Shown here one piece after another: positions 25,587 through 40,300 of a stretch of DNA of 64,000 nt. The notes under the pieces were generated by a model, which saw only the letters and a program-made list of their open reading frames with translations, did no database searches and was not told where the DNA came from. Where the stretch lies: positions 52,452,001 through 52,516,000 of the forward strand of contig OZ241826.1 in NCBI GenBank assembly GCA_965202585.1, in the 5' to 3' direction. Position 1 is the first letter of the stretch. Each line of letters opens with the position of its first letter. The position numbers were made by a program, and so were the translations under genes. The stretch comes from Thalia democratica. Taxonomy: Eukaryota.

Positions 25587-28500
25587 GGTTTACTGGTTTT
25601 AATGCCAGAGAAAATTGCTTACCTTTCTCAATTCAACAGTGTAGGTGCAAGTATAGGAGTTCTAAAAAGAAGTTAAATGAGTATAAGTATCTTGAACTTC
25701 GAAAAAGAAACTCTTCTACAGAAATAGCAAAGGAGTATTTTGATCTTCATTATCCTAAGTATCTTTCCCAAAACTTATGGGCATCAGTGAGGTGTGCTAT
25801 GTTATCTCGAAAAAAGTATAGTTGTGTCATTAATAAGTTTAGTAAAATATCTAGTGAAACTGAACAGTTTTATTTAAACCAAGGAGCATTAGATGTTGCT
25901 GATGAAGGTCACAACTCTCTAAAGTTTTATAAAAAACTAATTGATGAAAAAATTGAAAATTTGCATGAAAATATAGAAAAAGAAATTGATGATGATAAAG
26001 CATTATTAGATTATGATAAAGTTTGTAAACTACAAAATCATTTAGATTTTGTTGAAGACTTAACATCTTCTCCTATATCTTTTAAAGCATATATTTTTCC
26101 AAGAGAAGATTTTACAGAATTTGAAGATGTGTATAAATATGCAAGTAGCAGTGATGTGTTGCCCTATTTTCTTTTAGATGCTGCTTCAGTTTTACCAGTT
26201 TATCTTCTTAACCTAAAACCAGATGATTCAGTATTAGATCTTTGTTCAAGTCCAGGTGGAAAGCTTACAACTATCCTTCAAAGTTTGGGAACAGAAGGTA
26301 ATTATACAAGGTTTGCTATTGAAATTTACTTTAAGTTTATTAAAATTTAATACAGTATGCAAGGTTTTATTATACTTTGTTTGTAAGATTGCTTAAAATC
26401 TAAACTGTTTTAAAAACATACACATTTTTAGTATTATCTTAATATTTATGAATATATATAATTTATAGTGTGTACAGAGCAATTAAATTAAAAAAATGTT
26501 AAATATATGTTATTAAACTAGTTATTTCTTACAATGTTAATTTTTTGCAATGAATGCATTTGTTCTAAAAATGTTTTATCATTATCATACGTTACAAAAA
26601 CATGAACAGGAAGTATTGTTGGTAATGATGTTTCAAAGCAACGACTTACAAGATTAAAGAAAGTAGTAAAACAATATGTACCAAAAGACAGCAATACAAA
26701 AATTAAACTCGTCAATTTAGACGGAAGATTATGGGATGAAGTTGAAGTATCTTCTTATGATAAAGTTTGTTTAAAGTAAAATTGTGTTTTTTTTAAATAT
26801 TAATGGCATAGGGGTAAGGCACTTTTTTACATGTTGATCTTATTTTAAATATTTTTAACTAAGATAGCAGTTGCTTTTTATCGTTTTGTAAAATTCAAAT
26901 TAGTTTTTGAGATATGAGGGGACAAAGTCAGAAAAGCTCAACAGGTTCCTTATGAAAGGACCAAAGTAAAAAGGCAAAAAAAAAGATTATTTCACTAAAA
27001 TCTATCTTCTACAGTTTTAATGCAATTTTTCTAAAACTTTCTTAGTATAACATTAACTTAAAAAAAAACATTTTGTTTGTAGGGTTTTTTTCTATTTTAA
27101 GTAAAAATTAAAAAAAAGAAAACTATTATTAAATTTTAATTAAGATAAAAATTTTACAATATTATTTTTTCTATTAATGCAAGGAACTTTTGCTAAATAT
27201 TTGAGGTAAATTGACCAAAAAATGAAGGAAAAGATATATTTTTGGTCAAGTTTTGAAAATTTCAAGAAAATTTGCAGTGAATTTTTTTTTCTTCTGTACA
27301 TTTGTATTGGAAAACTTTTATACAAGTGGCGATATCTCAAAAATTAATAAAAATTTTATTATTCTGTAAAAAGTATTTTATAGTATATAAATGTAGCTTT
27401 CATATAAGGTCTAATGTTAATTTTGTTAAAAAAAGTTTTTTGGATCTGTCTATGCCGTTATTTATAAAAAAATTTTAATAATAAAATGTTATAGATTTAA
27501 AATAGTCAAAAATTTTAAACACAAAAAGCCTTTTATTTATCTGTCTTAATTTTTTCATAATTATAATGAATATTAAAGCTGTAATTTTGTTTAAATTAAC
27601 TTATTATGAGTAAAACTTTAATTTTCTATTATATCAGAACTACCACACTAAGACACTCAGGATAACTCAAGATGTTTTGAAATTTTTGAAATCCAAATAA
27701 TTGAGGACAACTCAATAAATTTTAAATTTGTTTTTTAAACTTAGGCTCACTCAGAATATTTTTGTTTTTAAAAAAAAAAACTCTGGAACAGTTTTTACGA
27801 TTTCTGAAATCTCAGGTCATTTTTTTCTAGATTTTGAATGAAATTTAATCGACTTATATTTTGTAATTTTGTAACTAATTTTTTTGAAGAACTTGATTTT
27901 ATTAATAGAAGTTTTTTTTTTTAAAGGAATAAAAAACACAGGATAACTCAGAACAGTTTTTTGTCACTCAGGGCAGTTTTCTTGGCTCAAAGAGTGACTA
28001 TCCTGTTATATAAGACAATCCATTATATGTATTTATTTTGCAATTTTTTTAAAGTAATATTTTACTCATAATACATGAGACTTTCATTTCATAAACACAT
28101 TTATTAATTTAAAAATCTTAAATAGAATGTATAAATTAATAAAATATTTAGTTTTATCTATAAAATCTGAACTGATAATAAATAAAAATTATTAAGACAA
28201 AATAAAGAATGATAAGTTGGATTTTTGTCAATTTGTATTTTTTTAGTGAAAATAGTAAACTTTTTATCCTTTTTATGATTTTCAAGAATAAAGTGGTTTG
28301 CATTAGTAATTAAACATAGTATGAACAAATGATCAGATAAGTAGTTTAAAAAATAGTTAAACAAACTTTAGAAAAAAAAAGTTTATATAGTTTATAACGC
28401 CTTAATAATTTATTTGTTCAATATGACTATATAGATTCTAATTTTATTGATGTATGTATGAATTTAAACTTTTTTGAGATTTGTTGATGATAAGTTGAGT

Positions 28501-31500
28501 TTTAATAATTTATACTTTAAAACTAGATTATAGTTGAAAAACAATAAATAAATCTTATAAAAATTTTCTGTAGTTATCTATTTGTTAAAAAAAAAAACAA
28601 AACTGCAAGATTTTAAGTATTCTGAAGATTATTTTAGTAGTATTGAAACATTTATCTTTTTATAGTTCATCATAAAGTTAATTTATTTATTTTTAAACGA
28701 AATTTTTATACATTAAGAATAAGTTGCATGAGTAGTAACAAAAATATTCAAAATACAATTTTTTTTGTAGGTATTAGTTGATGTACCTTGTACTAACGAT
28801 AGATTTGCAATGTATGAACATGAGCGTGACACTGATTGCATCTTCAGTAAATTAAGAAAAAGAGAGCGTCAAAAACTTCCAAAAGTTCAAGCAGAGTTAT
28901 TAAAGTAAGTATTTTTGTTAAAAGAGTAGCAAAATAAAATATTTTGCATAGTCTTAAGTTAGTTTTTTATTTATACTCACGAATCTAAACGTTATAGTTG
29001 TTTAATCAATATAAAGTTCTTAGGTTTCGTAAAACTTTATATGCTGTTTGGAAGAACATTTACTGTATCAAAATATTTATTAAAACTTAATTAAAAATTT
29101 AGACTTGTTTTCAAACGTTTGTTTTCAATTTTTTTTAGCTGATAGTGTATACTATTAAGAATATTACTATTAAGCTGATTGATATCTAAAAATGTATTTG
29201 CATCAACTTTAATTATTTTACTTTTAAAAACTTAAAAGTACTATAAAAAGATTGAATATGTATATTGTATTTCTGTAAATATTTGTCTGTATAAAATCGT
29301 CTGATTACTTGTATCACACCAGTTTGCTTTTGCCAATAATTTCTAAAAGAGTATAAATATTTATAAATAAGTAAAAGTTTGTAATGGTTTTTGTTTAATT
29401 TTTACTTTTTTGAGACATCATGAAGTTTATAATTGTTAAATAACGTTGCTGTTTTTTATTTAAAAGTTAAAAAAGCTGTCAATTACACAAAAAAGCTTTT
29501 GTTTTTGATTGAGATTGAAGTTACTTTTAAATATAAATTGGAATCTTTTATCATTGTTATTGTTTACATAGGCGTAGTTCTATTTTTTTATTTGATGCAT
29601 CTATATGCAAACAGAATAAATAGTTTAAATAATGCACTGTAGTGAAAAGGCTTAAGAAAGTAAAGCTTTCTTTATATATAAAAATACATAACATTTAAGT
29701 TTAGATTTTATTCCTTTGATTTTATGTAAAACTGGTTTTTCAAACATTAATATGATGATTTAAACATTCAAGTTCAAGATTTTAAGATCAACATCTCAAA
29801 TACTAATTCAAAAACAAAACAGACTAACCCGAAATTCAAATTAATCATGATTCTAATAAAGAAAAATTTAAAGATATAGTTTACAATCACTCGTAACTAT
29901 CATTTGAATTTGACTTGATAGAGTTTAAATATGACAAACCAACTTAAACACTAAAATGCTGGCAAATAAGTTTAATAACAGTTAAAAGCTAATATTTTTA
30001 TACCCAATACATACAGAGTTGCTATAAAACCTGGAATCCTGGGAAAACCTGGAATTTGACAATTTAGACTAAAACCCTGGAATTTTAAACAAGTTTTACA
30101 TTTTAAATATTAAAATTTCAATTTGACACAAAAAATTTATCATATAATTAACTTTTTTTGTCAACATTTTTAAAAAACACATATTAAGTAGCTTTACAGT
30201 ACCTTTTCAATGTTTTTATACTATTTAACACAGTTTTTTATCTTTAACTTTATTTTAAACTAAGAATAGATCAAAAAACGTGTACTTTTAAAAACCTGGA
30301 GGGAAATTTGAAAAATGAGTTATTACTATTATACTAATAAGTAACAAGACCCTGAGTATTACATAGTTGATCTAGATTAGTTCACAAAAAAAAAAAACTG
30401 TTTACAATTTTAAATCTGAACATTCATCTTAAACAGTTTTATTTATTATTATATATTTTGATTTTTCGAAAACTAATAAAAAGATCTCAACTTCTAGAGG
30501 AGAAATTATAATTATTAAGTTCTTTCAAGGTATTTTATTTACAGTAATACAAAAACTAAAATTAGCTTATTAAAATAAAAATGTTTTCTTTAAATATTAT
30601 GGCATCGAGGAGACTTTTTTATCATGCTTTGACTTTTTCGTCTTCTTTATAAAAATAGTTAGTAATATTCACATCAGTTTAGTGATTTAGATTCTAAAGT
30701 GTCATAACTTGTACAACCAGATAAATTTAAAAAAATAGACTTTTACCTAAAGTTTTTGTTATTAATTTTTAAACAAGTATTAAGTTTTATATTTATATTT
30801 TGACTTTAATCTTATCACCAGCTTTTAAAAATGTGATCTTAGATACTTGAAAACATGATATATAAATTCTAAATGTGGTGTTTAAAATTCTCAAGACATT
30901 TAAGTTTTATATTCTAATGTTTGAAATTTGTAAATGCGTGTAAATCTCTAGTTTGTTGTTTTTGAGTTTGAAGAACTCTTTATTAAAACTAGTTTTAGTC
31001 TATAACGTTTTAAATAATGAATAACTTAAATATTACTATAATAATGAATAAAGATAGATGTTAAAATATTATACAATGAGCTATACAGCTCTACGTCCCT
31101 TCAGCTCATTTAATCCACAAAAATTTACTATTTAAACCTATATTTTGTAACTACTCAATATTAACTATTTACAAGCATAGTTGTTTTCCAAAAATAGTAT
31201 TTAATGCATCGAAATAAGCTTGGAAATCAAACGTGCGATAGGAAACTAGACTGAGTTAGTAGTCTTTCATTAGCTGACTAGCTAGGTTTGATTCTAGACT
31301 TAGCTTTTAAATTACAGTAACCTGCCGCGAATCTACTCAAATTGTGTCCACATCTGAAGATTTATAGATAAACAAGAGATAGAAAATATACCTACTAGTA
31401 CTATATTGACTGTTTTCTGATAATGCATTTGATTAAAAACAGTTTGATAATTTATAGATAGTGCAAAATCAATGTATCATATGTTTGTGTTGTGAACTTT

Positions 31501-34500
31501 TATTATTGCTAGATTATTGTAATGTTTTTTTCAGAATCACTAAAACTGTTGTTAATTATTTAAAATTATGGTACACTGAGGCACAATTAAATGTTTATCC
31601 ATCGGTCAAGGAAAATAGTTTACAAAGTTAAAAAGTATAAAGGGTTGCCACTTTACCTGGAAACCTGTAAAAACCTGGAATTTTGAACAATAATCACTTA
31701 AAAACCTGGAATTTTAACAATTTTTGAAACACATTTGAAGTAGCTTTACAGTATCTTTTCAATCTTTTTAACTATATAATACATTTTTTTACCTTAAACT
31801 TAAGTTTAAACTAATAATAGACTCAAAAACAAGTTTAAATTACCTGGAAGAAATTTTGAAAACCTGGAGAAAATTTGCCAAAAGTCAGTGGCAACCCTGA
31901 GTATAAAGAAACAAGTTAGCATTTAAAATTTGACATAAACAAATTAAATAAATAGTTTCAATACATAGAATAAATTTGATTTGTATAATATTAATGAATT
32001 TTCAAATTAGTATTTATTTTTATTTTATGAAAATTCTAAAATGCTATAGCTAAACGAGAATGCGTAGATTCACGAGAGGTAAGTGTAACATTTGCAATAG
32101 CTGGCCTAAACCAATAAAATGTCCAAGAATAGTTCTAGACATATTTGTTTAAATTTTTTTTAAATACTAAATTAAAATAGCATAAAAACTAATAGGTACG
32201 ATAGAAAATAATCAATAGCTAATAATGAAAAAAATTGAGACTGTTCGGTACTTGAATAAGCAACATAAATTATTAAATTGTCAATATAAATTGTATTTAT
32301 AAAAAAACTGTCAGCTATCATTAAAGCTTAATAAATGTTAATTTAACTTAACAGTTGACTTTATTTATTTTTGTATTAAATAAGCTAGCAGAGTTGTCTA
32401 ACTATGTTATATTTTTTTAGAAGTGCAATACTGGCATGTAAACCAGGTGGTTCTATTGTTTATTCAACATGCTCAATTTCTCCTTTACAAAATGATTTCA
32501 TTGTGAACTATGTCATTCAAGTAAGTTTGTCTTATTTTAGGTAGATTGTATGTGTGTATAAATGTTTTATCTTTTAACTATACATATCTTGTTAAACTGG
32601 ACTTTTTATTTTTAAAATCAATGTTGTTTGTGTGTATATATATTTTTAATTTGTTGTTTTTACTGTTTAAACCGATAATACTCAGAGTGTGAACTTAAAT
32701 TAATTCCCTGTGTTCATAAATATTGACAAGTATTTTAAGTGTTTATAAAATTTATTAAACTGTATTTTATTTTAAAAAACTTATTTTGATACCTCAAAAA
32801 CAAGTTATAATAGTTTTTTAGTATAACACTTATACTTAAAATATAATTAGTAGATTTAGATTGGAAACATTGTACATTTGGTTAAGTTTTTTGCGCAGAA
32901 TTTAATTTTAGCTACTTACTGTGCTGAACAGATTTTTAAAACTTTGGAACTACTTGTATAAATCATGAAACAATAAATTAAATAATACTTCTTAAAATTA
33001 CCTTTTTTTTTGTTATACTGTTTCCATTTTAGGTAGACTTGTGTTAATTTAAAATTTTCTATCAAAAAAAGAATTGGGTACTACTTTCCATTGCTTTTTT
33101 GAACATTTTTATATCAACATTTAAAAAATAAGTTAATAACATTTTTGAGTTGTTTGCTGTTTTGAAATCTTTGCAATTATAATAAAAACTATTTTTTTTA
33201 GACATTTAAAAATAGTTTGTTTATAAAATATAATAAAACTTTATGCAAAAGTAAAATTTAAATTAAAAACTAGTTGACAGTTAAAATAATTTTTTTAAAT
33301 GTTGTGTTTTGCGAAATTCTTCAAACACTAAAACTTTAGACTCAAATTCAATTCCCACTAACTCAGGCTAATTCAATAGTTTAGAAATTCATTTCATGAC
33401 GAGTCCAGTTTAATTTTCTTTAAAACTTCGGCTGACCTATTTTAACTTTTCTTATACAATTCCGATAGTTTTTGATTTTGATTCGGAAGAGATCGATTAT
33501 TTTTCTTAAAATAAATTTATTATGTCTATATCTCAATCTACGGGATTGTTATTTTGTGAAATTTGTTTATTTTATTGCAGTTCAATTAATTTCTTCGTTG
33601 TATGTAAGAATACTTGTAATTTTGTTGCTTTAATTATTAAGTATTCAAAGTTAGTTGTTTGATTATTTTGATAAAGAGTATTGCTACAATCTACAGCCAG
33701 TGGTTTCTAGCTATAAAAGGTGTAAAATATATTTAACGAAGAACAGGTTATCAAACACTTTAAAATTGTTTAGTTATTGTACTATAAGGGGCAGGTAAAG
33801 CTTTTTTTACAACTTAGATTTTGAAAAAGCTGTAAGTTTTATATAAAACTGCTAGGAAAAACTATGTTCTGTATCGAACATGTTGTAGTAGTTATAGATT
33901 TGATCTTAATAAAATCTATCCAAGAGCTATTGAAGCATGTTTTGCGTGGTCATAGTTTTTGTAATAATATAAATTCAAATAATTAAAATAAAATATATTT
34001 CAATATTTAGTAAGGCTATTGTGTCTATTTAAATCCTGACGAGTTTATAAACTTTTAGGAAAGACATAATACTTTTTTAAAAGTTTAGTCTGTTTAATTA
34101 TTAGTTACCTCGGTAAGAATACAGTATCATATATTTTAAGTTTTATATATATTATGCAGTCTGATTCTTTGTTTTATTAAGTTTTTTTTCTAATGTATAC
34201 TATTTGCTAAACCACGATTTTGAATTTATTAACTAGTAATTATAATTAAAGCTAAAACTGAGATGTTTTTCACCGTCATACAATTAGCAATAAGACAAAA
34301 TTTAAGATTTTATGAACAACAATTTTTACGTATATATAGGCCTAATTAAAAAATTAATAATCTTTTCTTTGTATCCAACAGTTAAAAAGTGGGTAAGTTA
34401 GCTTGTTGAGAACTGTTGTTGATACGGTGGTGAGGTAAGATAAGTCAAAATGAGTGGTTTCACTGTAAAGTTACACAAGTTTTTGAGTAAAAAGTAATAA

Positions 34501-34862
34501 CTTAATTGTGCATTCCTCTATATTACAATAAAAGTGTTTAATCGTTTTATATAGAGTATATTATACTATATAAGTACTATTTTACTTTACAAGAATTATT
34601 TTTTATATTTAAAATTAACGTTTTTAAAGCAAATGATCACGTCAATATTATTAAATTTTTGATAAAACAACAGGAGCTTCAGGAGGAACTCGATATCAAA
34701 GTCACATCCCAGCCGCTTGACTATTTCGTCAGATCCTTTTCCGACCATTTCAACTTTTTTTCAAAAACAATGGAAGGCATCCCGCCACATGGGGTTTTAG
34801 TTTACCCTACTTTAGATTGTAATTTTGGACCTATGTACATGTCAAAACTAGTTAGAGAATGA
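25562..34862 (+). CDS. NSUN4: Mitochondrial 5-methylcytosine rRNA methyltransferase NSUN4, 437 aa; join(25562..26297,26610..26764,28771..28904,32421..32520,34674..34862)
   Basis: Phase-consistent GT-AG exons (1314 nt). Basic/hydroxylated N-terminal presequence; YFLLDAASVLPV, VLDLCSSPGGK (SAM binding), VLVDVPC and VYSTCS catalytic Cys motifs, C-terminal NFGPMY; motif order matches NSUN4 as recalled. Confidence 0.95.
26804..27457. mobile_element. TTAA-flanked element (Kolobok-like) in NSUN4 intron 2
   Basis: ttaa|tggcatag ... ctatgccg|ttat; interior similar to the 7150 copy. The superfamily assignment rests only on the TTAA flank and short TIR. Confidence 0.45.
30014..30354. mobile_element. 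CAGGGTTGCC-family hAT MITE copy
   Basis: cagagttgct start, repeated acctggaa motifs, accctg end; TSD not recognisable. Confidence 0.65.
31642..31899. mobile_element. CAGGGTTGCC-family hAT MITE (about 260 bp) in NSUN4 intron 3
   Basis: gggttgcca / tggcaaccctg ends; 8-bp TSD agtataaa (31634-31641, 31900-31907); acctggaa subterminal repeats. Confidence 0.85.
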
Positions 34863-37004
34863 TTGCTTTTCTAAACTATCGTAAAAATTGTCTTCTAGAT
34901 GATAGTTAAACCACGTTAACTTAGATAATAAATTTATTTCATTCTTAGTATAATTTTTAATGACTTGATTCTTAGCTTTACTCATTGATATTTTAAATAG
35001 GTAATTTTAAATGTTTATAGTTTTTCAATTTAGAAAATTTTTAATTTTATTTCAAACAGCTCGCAGTCTTTTTTTTTTGTAAAGTAATATTACTAAATTA
35101 AAAATTACTACGTTCTAGTTGCAGAACATTAAAGTCTTTAATTGATACTTGTAAATAGCTCTCAAGTATTCAATAACTTAATATAGTAAGAATAATAAAT
35201 GTTTGTGTTTAGTTAAACTTAAAATACATCATTGCTATGTGCTACAACAGGCTTAGACCTAGGAAGCTATTTTTTTGTGCTGTCTATTTATGTGATTTTC
35301 CAACGTCAAAAAATTTTACCTAGCGAAATTCTAAAATTTTTGTTTTTGAAGGGCAACAAAAGTACTCTAATGTGCATATACAATTTTTAAAGTTTGCTTT
35401 CTACAAAAATAAGATTTATACAGTCTATGTACATACATATATCTTGTATTATCTAGTGTGACTAATATTTATTGTTTTATGGCTTAATTAGTTTATAAAT
35501 CAGTGTGCCTAAGTCGCGTATAACAAGAGTTTTGTATTTATTCATTTGAATTAATGTAAAAGCAATATCTATTCAAATAATAATTCTAATGTAGCCTAAA
35601 AATTATTTAAATTTTTTTTTTAAATAATTAAAAACAGTTTTAGAGTAAAAGTTAACAGTCCGTAAGTAGAAGCTTTCTTATTTTTGCCAGTTTTCTGATT
35701 TTCCATAAAAGTATAGGCGTTTTCAAACTTAAAAAAAGGTTAATTAAACTTGTGTTTAAGTTAATTTTACCTTTTAACAAGCTGATAAAAAATATAAACT
35801 TAAACAAGAACACTTTTCTTAATTAAAAAAGAGGTTTTGAAGCAGTCCAGTGTTTCCCAAGCTTATTTTCATAATTGGCAGATAATTAAAAAAAACTAGT
35901 CGCCTCCCTTTATTCAGGGATTGGTAGGCATTGTTAGTCGTGGGCGAAATTTTAAAAATATTTTCAAGCCGGACTTTTAGTTACAACGTACCTTTTCCAT
36001 TCTTCATTAAAATTCACAGAATAGCTAGTGTAGATTAGTTGTTTACAAATTTACTTTTTTGCCGCCATACTAGTAATCGTCCCATTTTTATACTCATCAT
36101 TACAAGCCCCCGAGCATCTAGTATAAATAAGTTAATATTTATCTTCTGTTTGCCATCTTAACTTGTTAAGGGGCAAATACTAATAAGCAAACTAAAAAGT
36201 AAAAGTTCTAAAATCCAAAAGTCCCCCTCCCGACTTACTAAAACCTTTTAAAAAAGGATAATATTGCCCTTTAAAAGGAACCCTGTTCTAAAGGATATAC
36301 ATTAATTAAAAATCTATATGAAATTAAAAATACTTACTGAAAAAAATAATATGGGTAAAGTTGTTTATATAACACTAAGCTAAATTAATAGTTTTTATTG
36401 ATATATATATTTATAGGGTCCATGTGTTCACAATCTTGTTAAGGTTAAAAAATACAAAACTGTTACTAAAAGAAAAAAACTAAATTTTTATTTGTGTCGA
36501 CTACATAATTTTGCTCAATGTACTGAGTAAAGAGCTTATTTAAATAATAAACGTGGTAATTAATCATTTTATTAGTTTCGGCGAGAAAATAATCTCACCT
36601 TGTCAAACAATTAACAAAATACACTTAACAATAATGTTTACGTGATAATTAAAACTTATTCATGCGTGAAAACGTAAACAAACTTAGGTTTTTCTTATTT
36701 AAAACTTTCAATTTTATAAAAAATAGTTGAGTAAAATATGTACTTATTTAACAAATTAATGCAATGAGTTAAACTTAAAATGAAATAATTTGTTTTAAAT
36801 TAAAACCAAGTTTAAACAAAACTGAAAACATCAACGAAAAAGTCTAGGGATACTTTATGTTAGTATCGTACACTTAATAAATATAATCCGACTCTATAGT
36901 TGCTATGCTGAAAAACGACAACGTCATTACTAACCGTAACGCTGCAACTGATTATCATTCGAAAGTCAAACAGCATGTCTGTAAACCATGTCGCAAACCT
37001 TGAG

Positions 37005-37326
37005 TATAAAGTTCAAAAATCCTGGAATTTCGAACAAAAATCACTAAAAAACCTGTAATTTTAAACTAATTTTACGTGTAAACTGATTAAATTAGATATC
37101 AAATAGATAAAAAAATCTACCATAAAGATATTTTCTTTTGTATTATTCAAATTTTTATTTAAAAAAAAAACATTTAAAGTAGCTTCACAGTACCTTATCA
37201 ATTTTATTATACAACTTAAAACAGTTTTTTTTTATTACCTTAGATTCAACTTTATACTAAAAATATATAAAAAAACTTTTTCTATATAATCTTGAGATTT
37301 TTATAAAAATAGCTTTATCAACCCTG
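37005..37326. mobile_element. Degraded CAGGGTTGCC-family MITE
   Basis: cctggaattt(c/t)gaacaa..atcact.aaaaacctg body matches the 31642 copy; ends caccctg. Confidence 0.6.
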
Positions 37327-40300
37327 TATAAGTAAATAAGTTGTTTGGTAAATTGTAGTTTTAAGAAGTATGCTTGACTATCAATTTATACAAGCTAATA
37401 TACTATATATACATATAAATACTTTTGGTAGACAACAGTATCAAATAACAATGTTTATTTAAAGTTTTTATAGTAAGCTAAGCTGTATCATTTGAAGCAT
37501 TTAAGCACAAAATTTGGTCCATCGTACACAAATGAGTTGTGTTACAACTTGAAACAAATTAAAGTTTCCGACAAACTAACTAAATGCAGGTAACAATGTA
37601 ATATCAGCAGATGGTTGAGTGAAAGTTCTTCTTGAAATTATGATATATCTAGTTACAAAAATTCAAGTTTTATTTATTATTTTGAGAAGCCATATCTCAA
37701 AAAATTAAAAATGTACTAGAATTAACAAAATATCAGACAAAAAACATAAATCACTGTTGCTAAAATTAGCAATACTTTGGTAACTTTTAAAATTTATTAT
37801 AACCAATTATCAAAGGATGACTTTAAATATGAATTAAGAATATGTTACAATGCAAAATAAATATTGAGTGTGACAGTAACAATTTTGATTTTTAATTACT
37901 CACAATAACTCAGAATAATAAGTTTTTAATTTGAGTTGTCACAATTTGAGTCGTCGTACATTTAGAGCAGATATATAAATAGATAAAACAAAAATTATAA
38001 TACATGTTGGACATATTAATATTTCATGTGACAAAACTTTTCAATATTATCCTTTTATTTTCTAAGCTAAAATGATCATTGCATAAAGTTTTTTATGAGC
38101 TTTAAATTTTTCAAATTAGAAAAAAAACTATATGATACTTGTTTTAATATAATTTAAATAAAAGCACTCAGTTTTTAATAAAAAAATATATACTTTGCGC
38201 AGAGGAATTTGAATTTAAAAGCCTGTCAAGTAACATTTATTTTGAAACATATTAAACAGCAAGCACAAGTCAAAGTGCGAGCCATATTTGATCTTAATTG
38301 ATATGAGAGGTAAAATAAAGTTAGTTATTTTTTACAGAAATAAAACAGTTCTATTTTATAAACGTTTCTATTTAATAATAAACTAATGACCTTACCTAAT
38401 AGACGATGAAGGCATTTGTGCCATACAGTCTAGTGCTAACAGACTTTGACTTTTTATTTCCTTCTTTACTAGTGTTTAATCAATTGTTCTTTTTACTGTA
38501 AAACATTACAAGTTTTTTAATTTAATATTTAGTTTTAAGTCATTGGCTCGAATTAGTTATGTACAATCTACTTAATCTTTTAGCTTTGTAAATAGGCTAA
38601 AGAAAGTGGGCCAACAGCTTTTTTCAATTTTATCATCGAAAGCCAAGACTTTGATGCAGATTTTTCCCCATATGAACAAGTCGATAAGCTGCATAGGGGC
38701 TAAAGGGGGGTTGTGACTAGGCTAGTTGAAGGGCAATCTTACTTGCAATAATTATTTTTGGGTTCGAAATAAGCAGCAAAAAATGTTTTTTGGTACATTT
38801 CACGAGCAATTTGAAACTTACGCTAGATACTCTGGGGTTTGAATTCATTTGGGGCAATTATTTTGCAGTTTTCTAAAAAAATGACGTTAATTAAAATGAG
38901 TTAACTTCATTTATAACGTATGTTAAAATTCTCTTCCATCTATTGCCGCGCTCGGTTTTAAATATGATTTTTTCTTAGTATAACTTTTTTATATAAGTAT
39001 CTCAAACAAATATGCAGCAGTGCTTACATCATTTTACAAAAAACTGTGTACATATAGTCCGTTTTTTAGTATGATTCCAGTAGAATCGCATGGAAGAAAT
39101 TTTCTTCACTATTTTTAGTAAATAAAGTGTTTAAATTGTAATTTTTTTCAAAACTAGGTTTAAAAACAAAAAAAAAGTTATATACACATATTTTCGAGAA
39201 ACAAATTTACTTAAATAATTATCTAGTTAATTTTATTTTCTATACATAGTAATACAGTTTCTATGCACTTTTTAGAAAGACTGAAAACCATAATTAAAGT
39301 TTTAAACATGTTTATTGAAGATAACTTTAACTAGTTCTTTTGTTATTTTCCATTTACTGAATTTTATTTCAAATAAAAATGCTCCTTAAATCAAATATAA
39401 TTATTTATATTTAAAATAAAATATAAATCAAATCAATTTATCATTTATTTTCGAAAAAAAAATCATAAAATCAAAAAAGCGTTTTTTTTAATTTTATTGC
39501 ACGTATTTTGTCTTACTAACTAATTATGCTTAAAATTTTCGTCACTAATTATTTTATTTTAATGTTTGTTTCAATTATTTTAAGCTAGAAATAAAGAGAA
39601 CTTTGTTTATTTTATTAGTACTTTATTTTATTAGTGCAAAATTTTTTGGTATTGTATTTTTCTTTGATGACAGGGCTGCTTCTTTTTACCTTGTGCCACT
39701 GGCATTTTGTAACACCAGTGGCTTCTTCTCTACATTTGCAGGACTTGGCCAGTAGACACCTATTCCCCGCTAAGGCTTGAATTCTCATGAGTTTACAAAC
39801 ACGTTGACGCATAGAAAATTAAATAAAAAAAAGTTTTTAAGGGAAAAAATATCGAATATTTACTTTATTGAAACTTTATTTAATTCTAAGTAGACTAAAC
39901 TTTGAATTCAATTTATTTCATTACATTCTAAAAAATATACATTTAAGCTTAAAATATGTATGTATAAAACTGACCATCTTTCTTTTTTTACTCTAAAAAC
40001 TCTTTTAAGTGGCTCCTTTTTTTAGTAATTTTAGGACATTTCGTTTTTACTAAATCTTATTTATTTTTACTTTTTAAAGTAGCTATAACTTTTATTAATA
40101 CTCAAGAACTCTAAAATATTCTAAATTATACTATTTAGTTGCAGAGAAAATTACATACTTTACATATATTATATTGTTTTAATTTGGTGCATGCTAAATT
40201 TTTGTTTTAAACAATTTAGTAAATGATAAAATCAATCAAAACAACTAGAAAATAGCTATTTGTGATTTAATGTGATACTTTATGAATATTATACTATATA

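Noticed and set aside
25851-26715. Minus-strand ORFs 25851-26066 and 26518-26715
   Set aside because: They are antisense to NSUN4 exons 1 and 2.
34261-34480. Short similarity to the CpG-rich stretch 42330-42470, first considered a conserved enhancer
   Set aside because: The matches occur in both orientations and shuffled order, which is more consistent with remnants of a dispersed repeat.
38755-38780. ggttcgaaat, tRNA B-box-like
   Set aside because: No A box, acceptor stem or cloverleaf.
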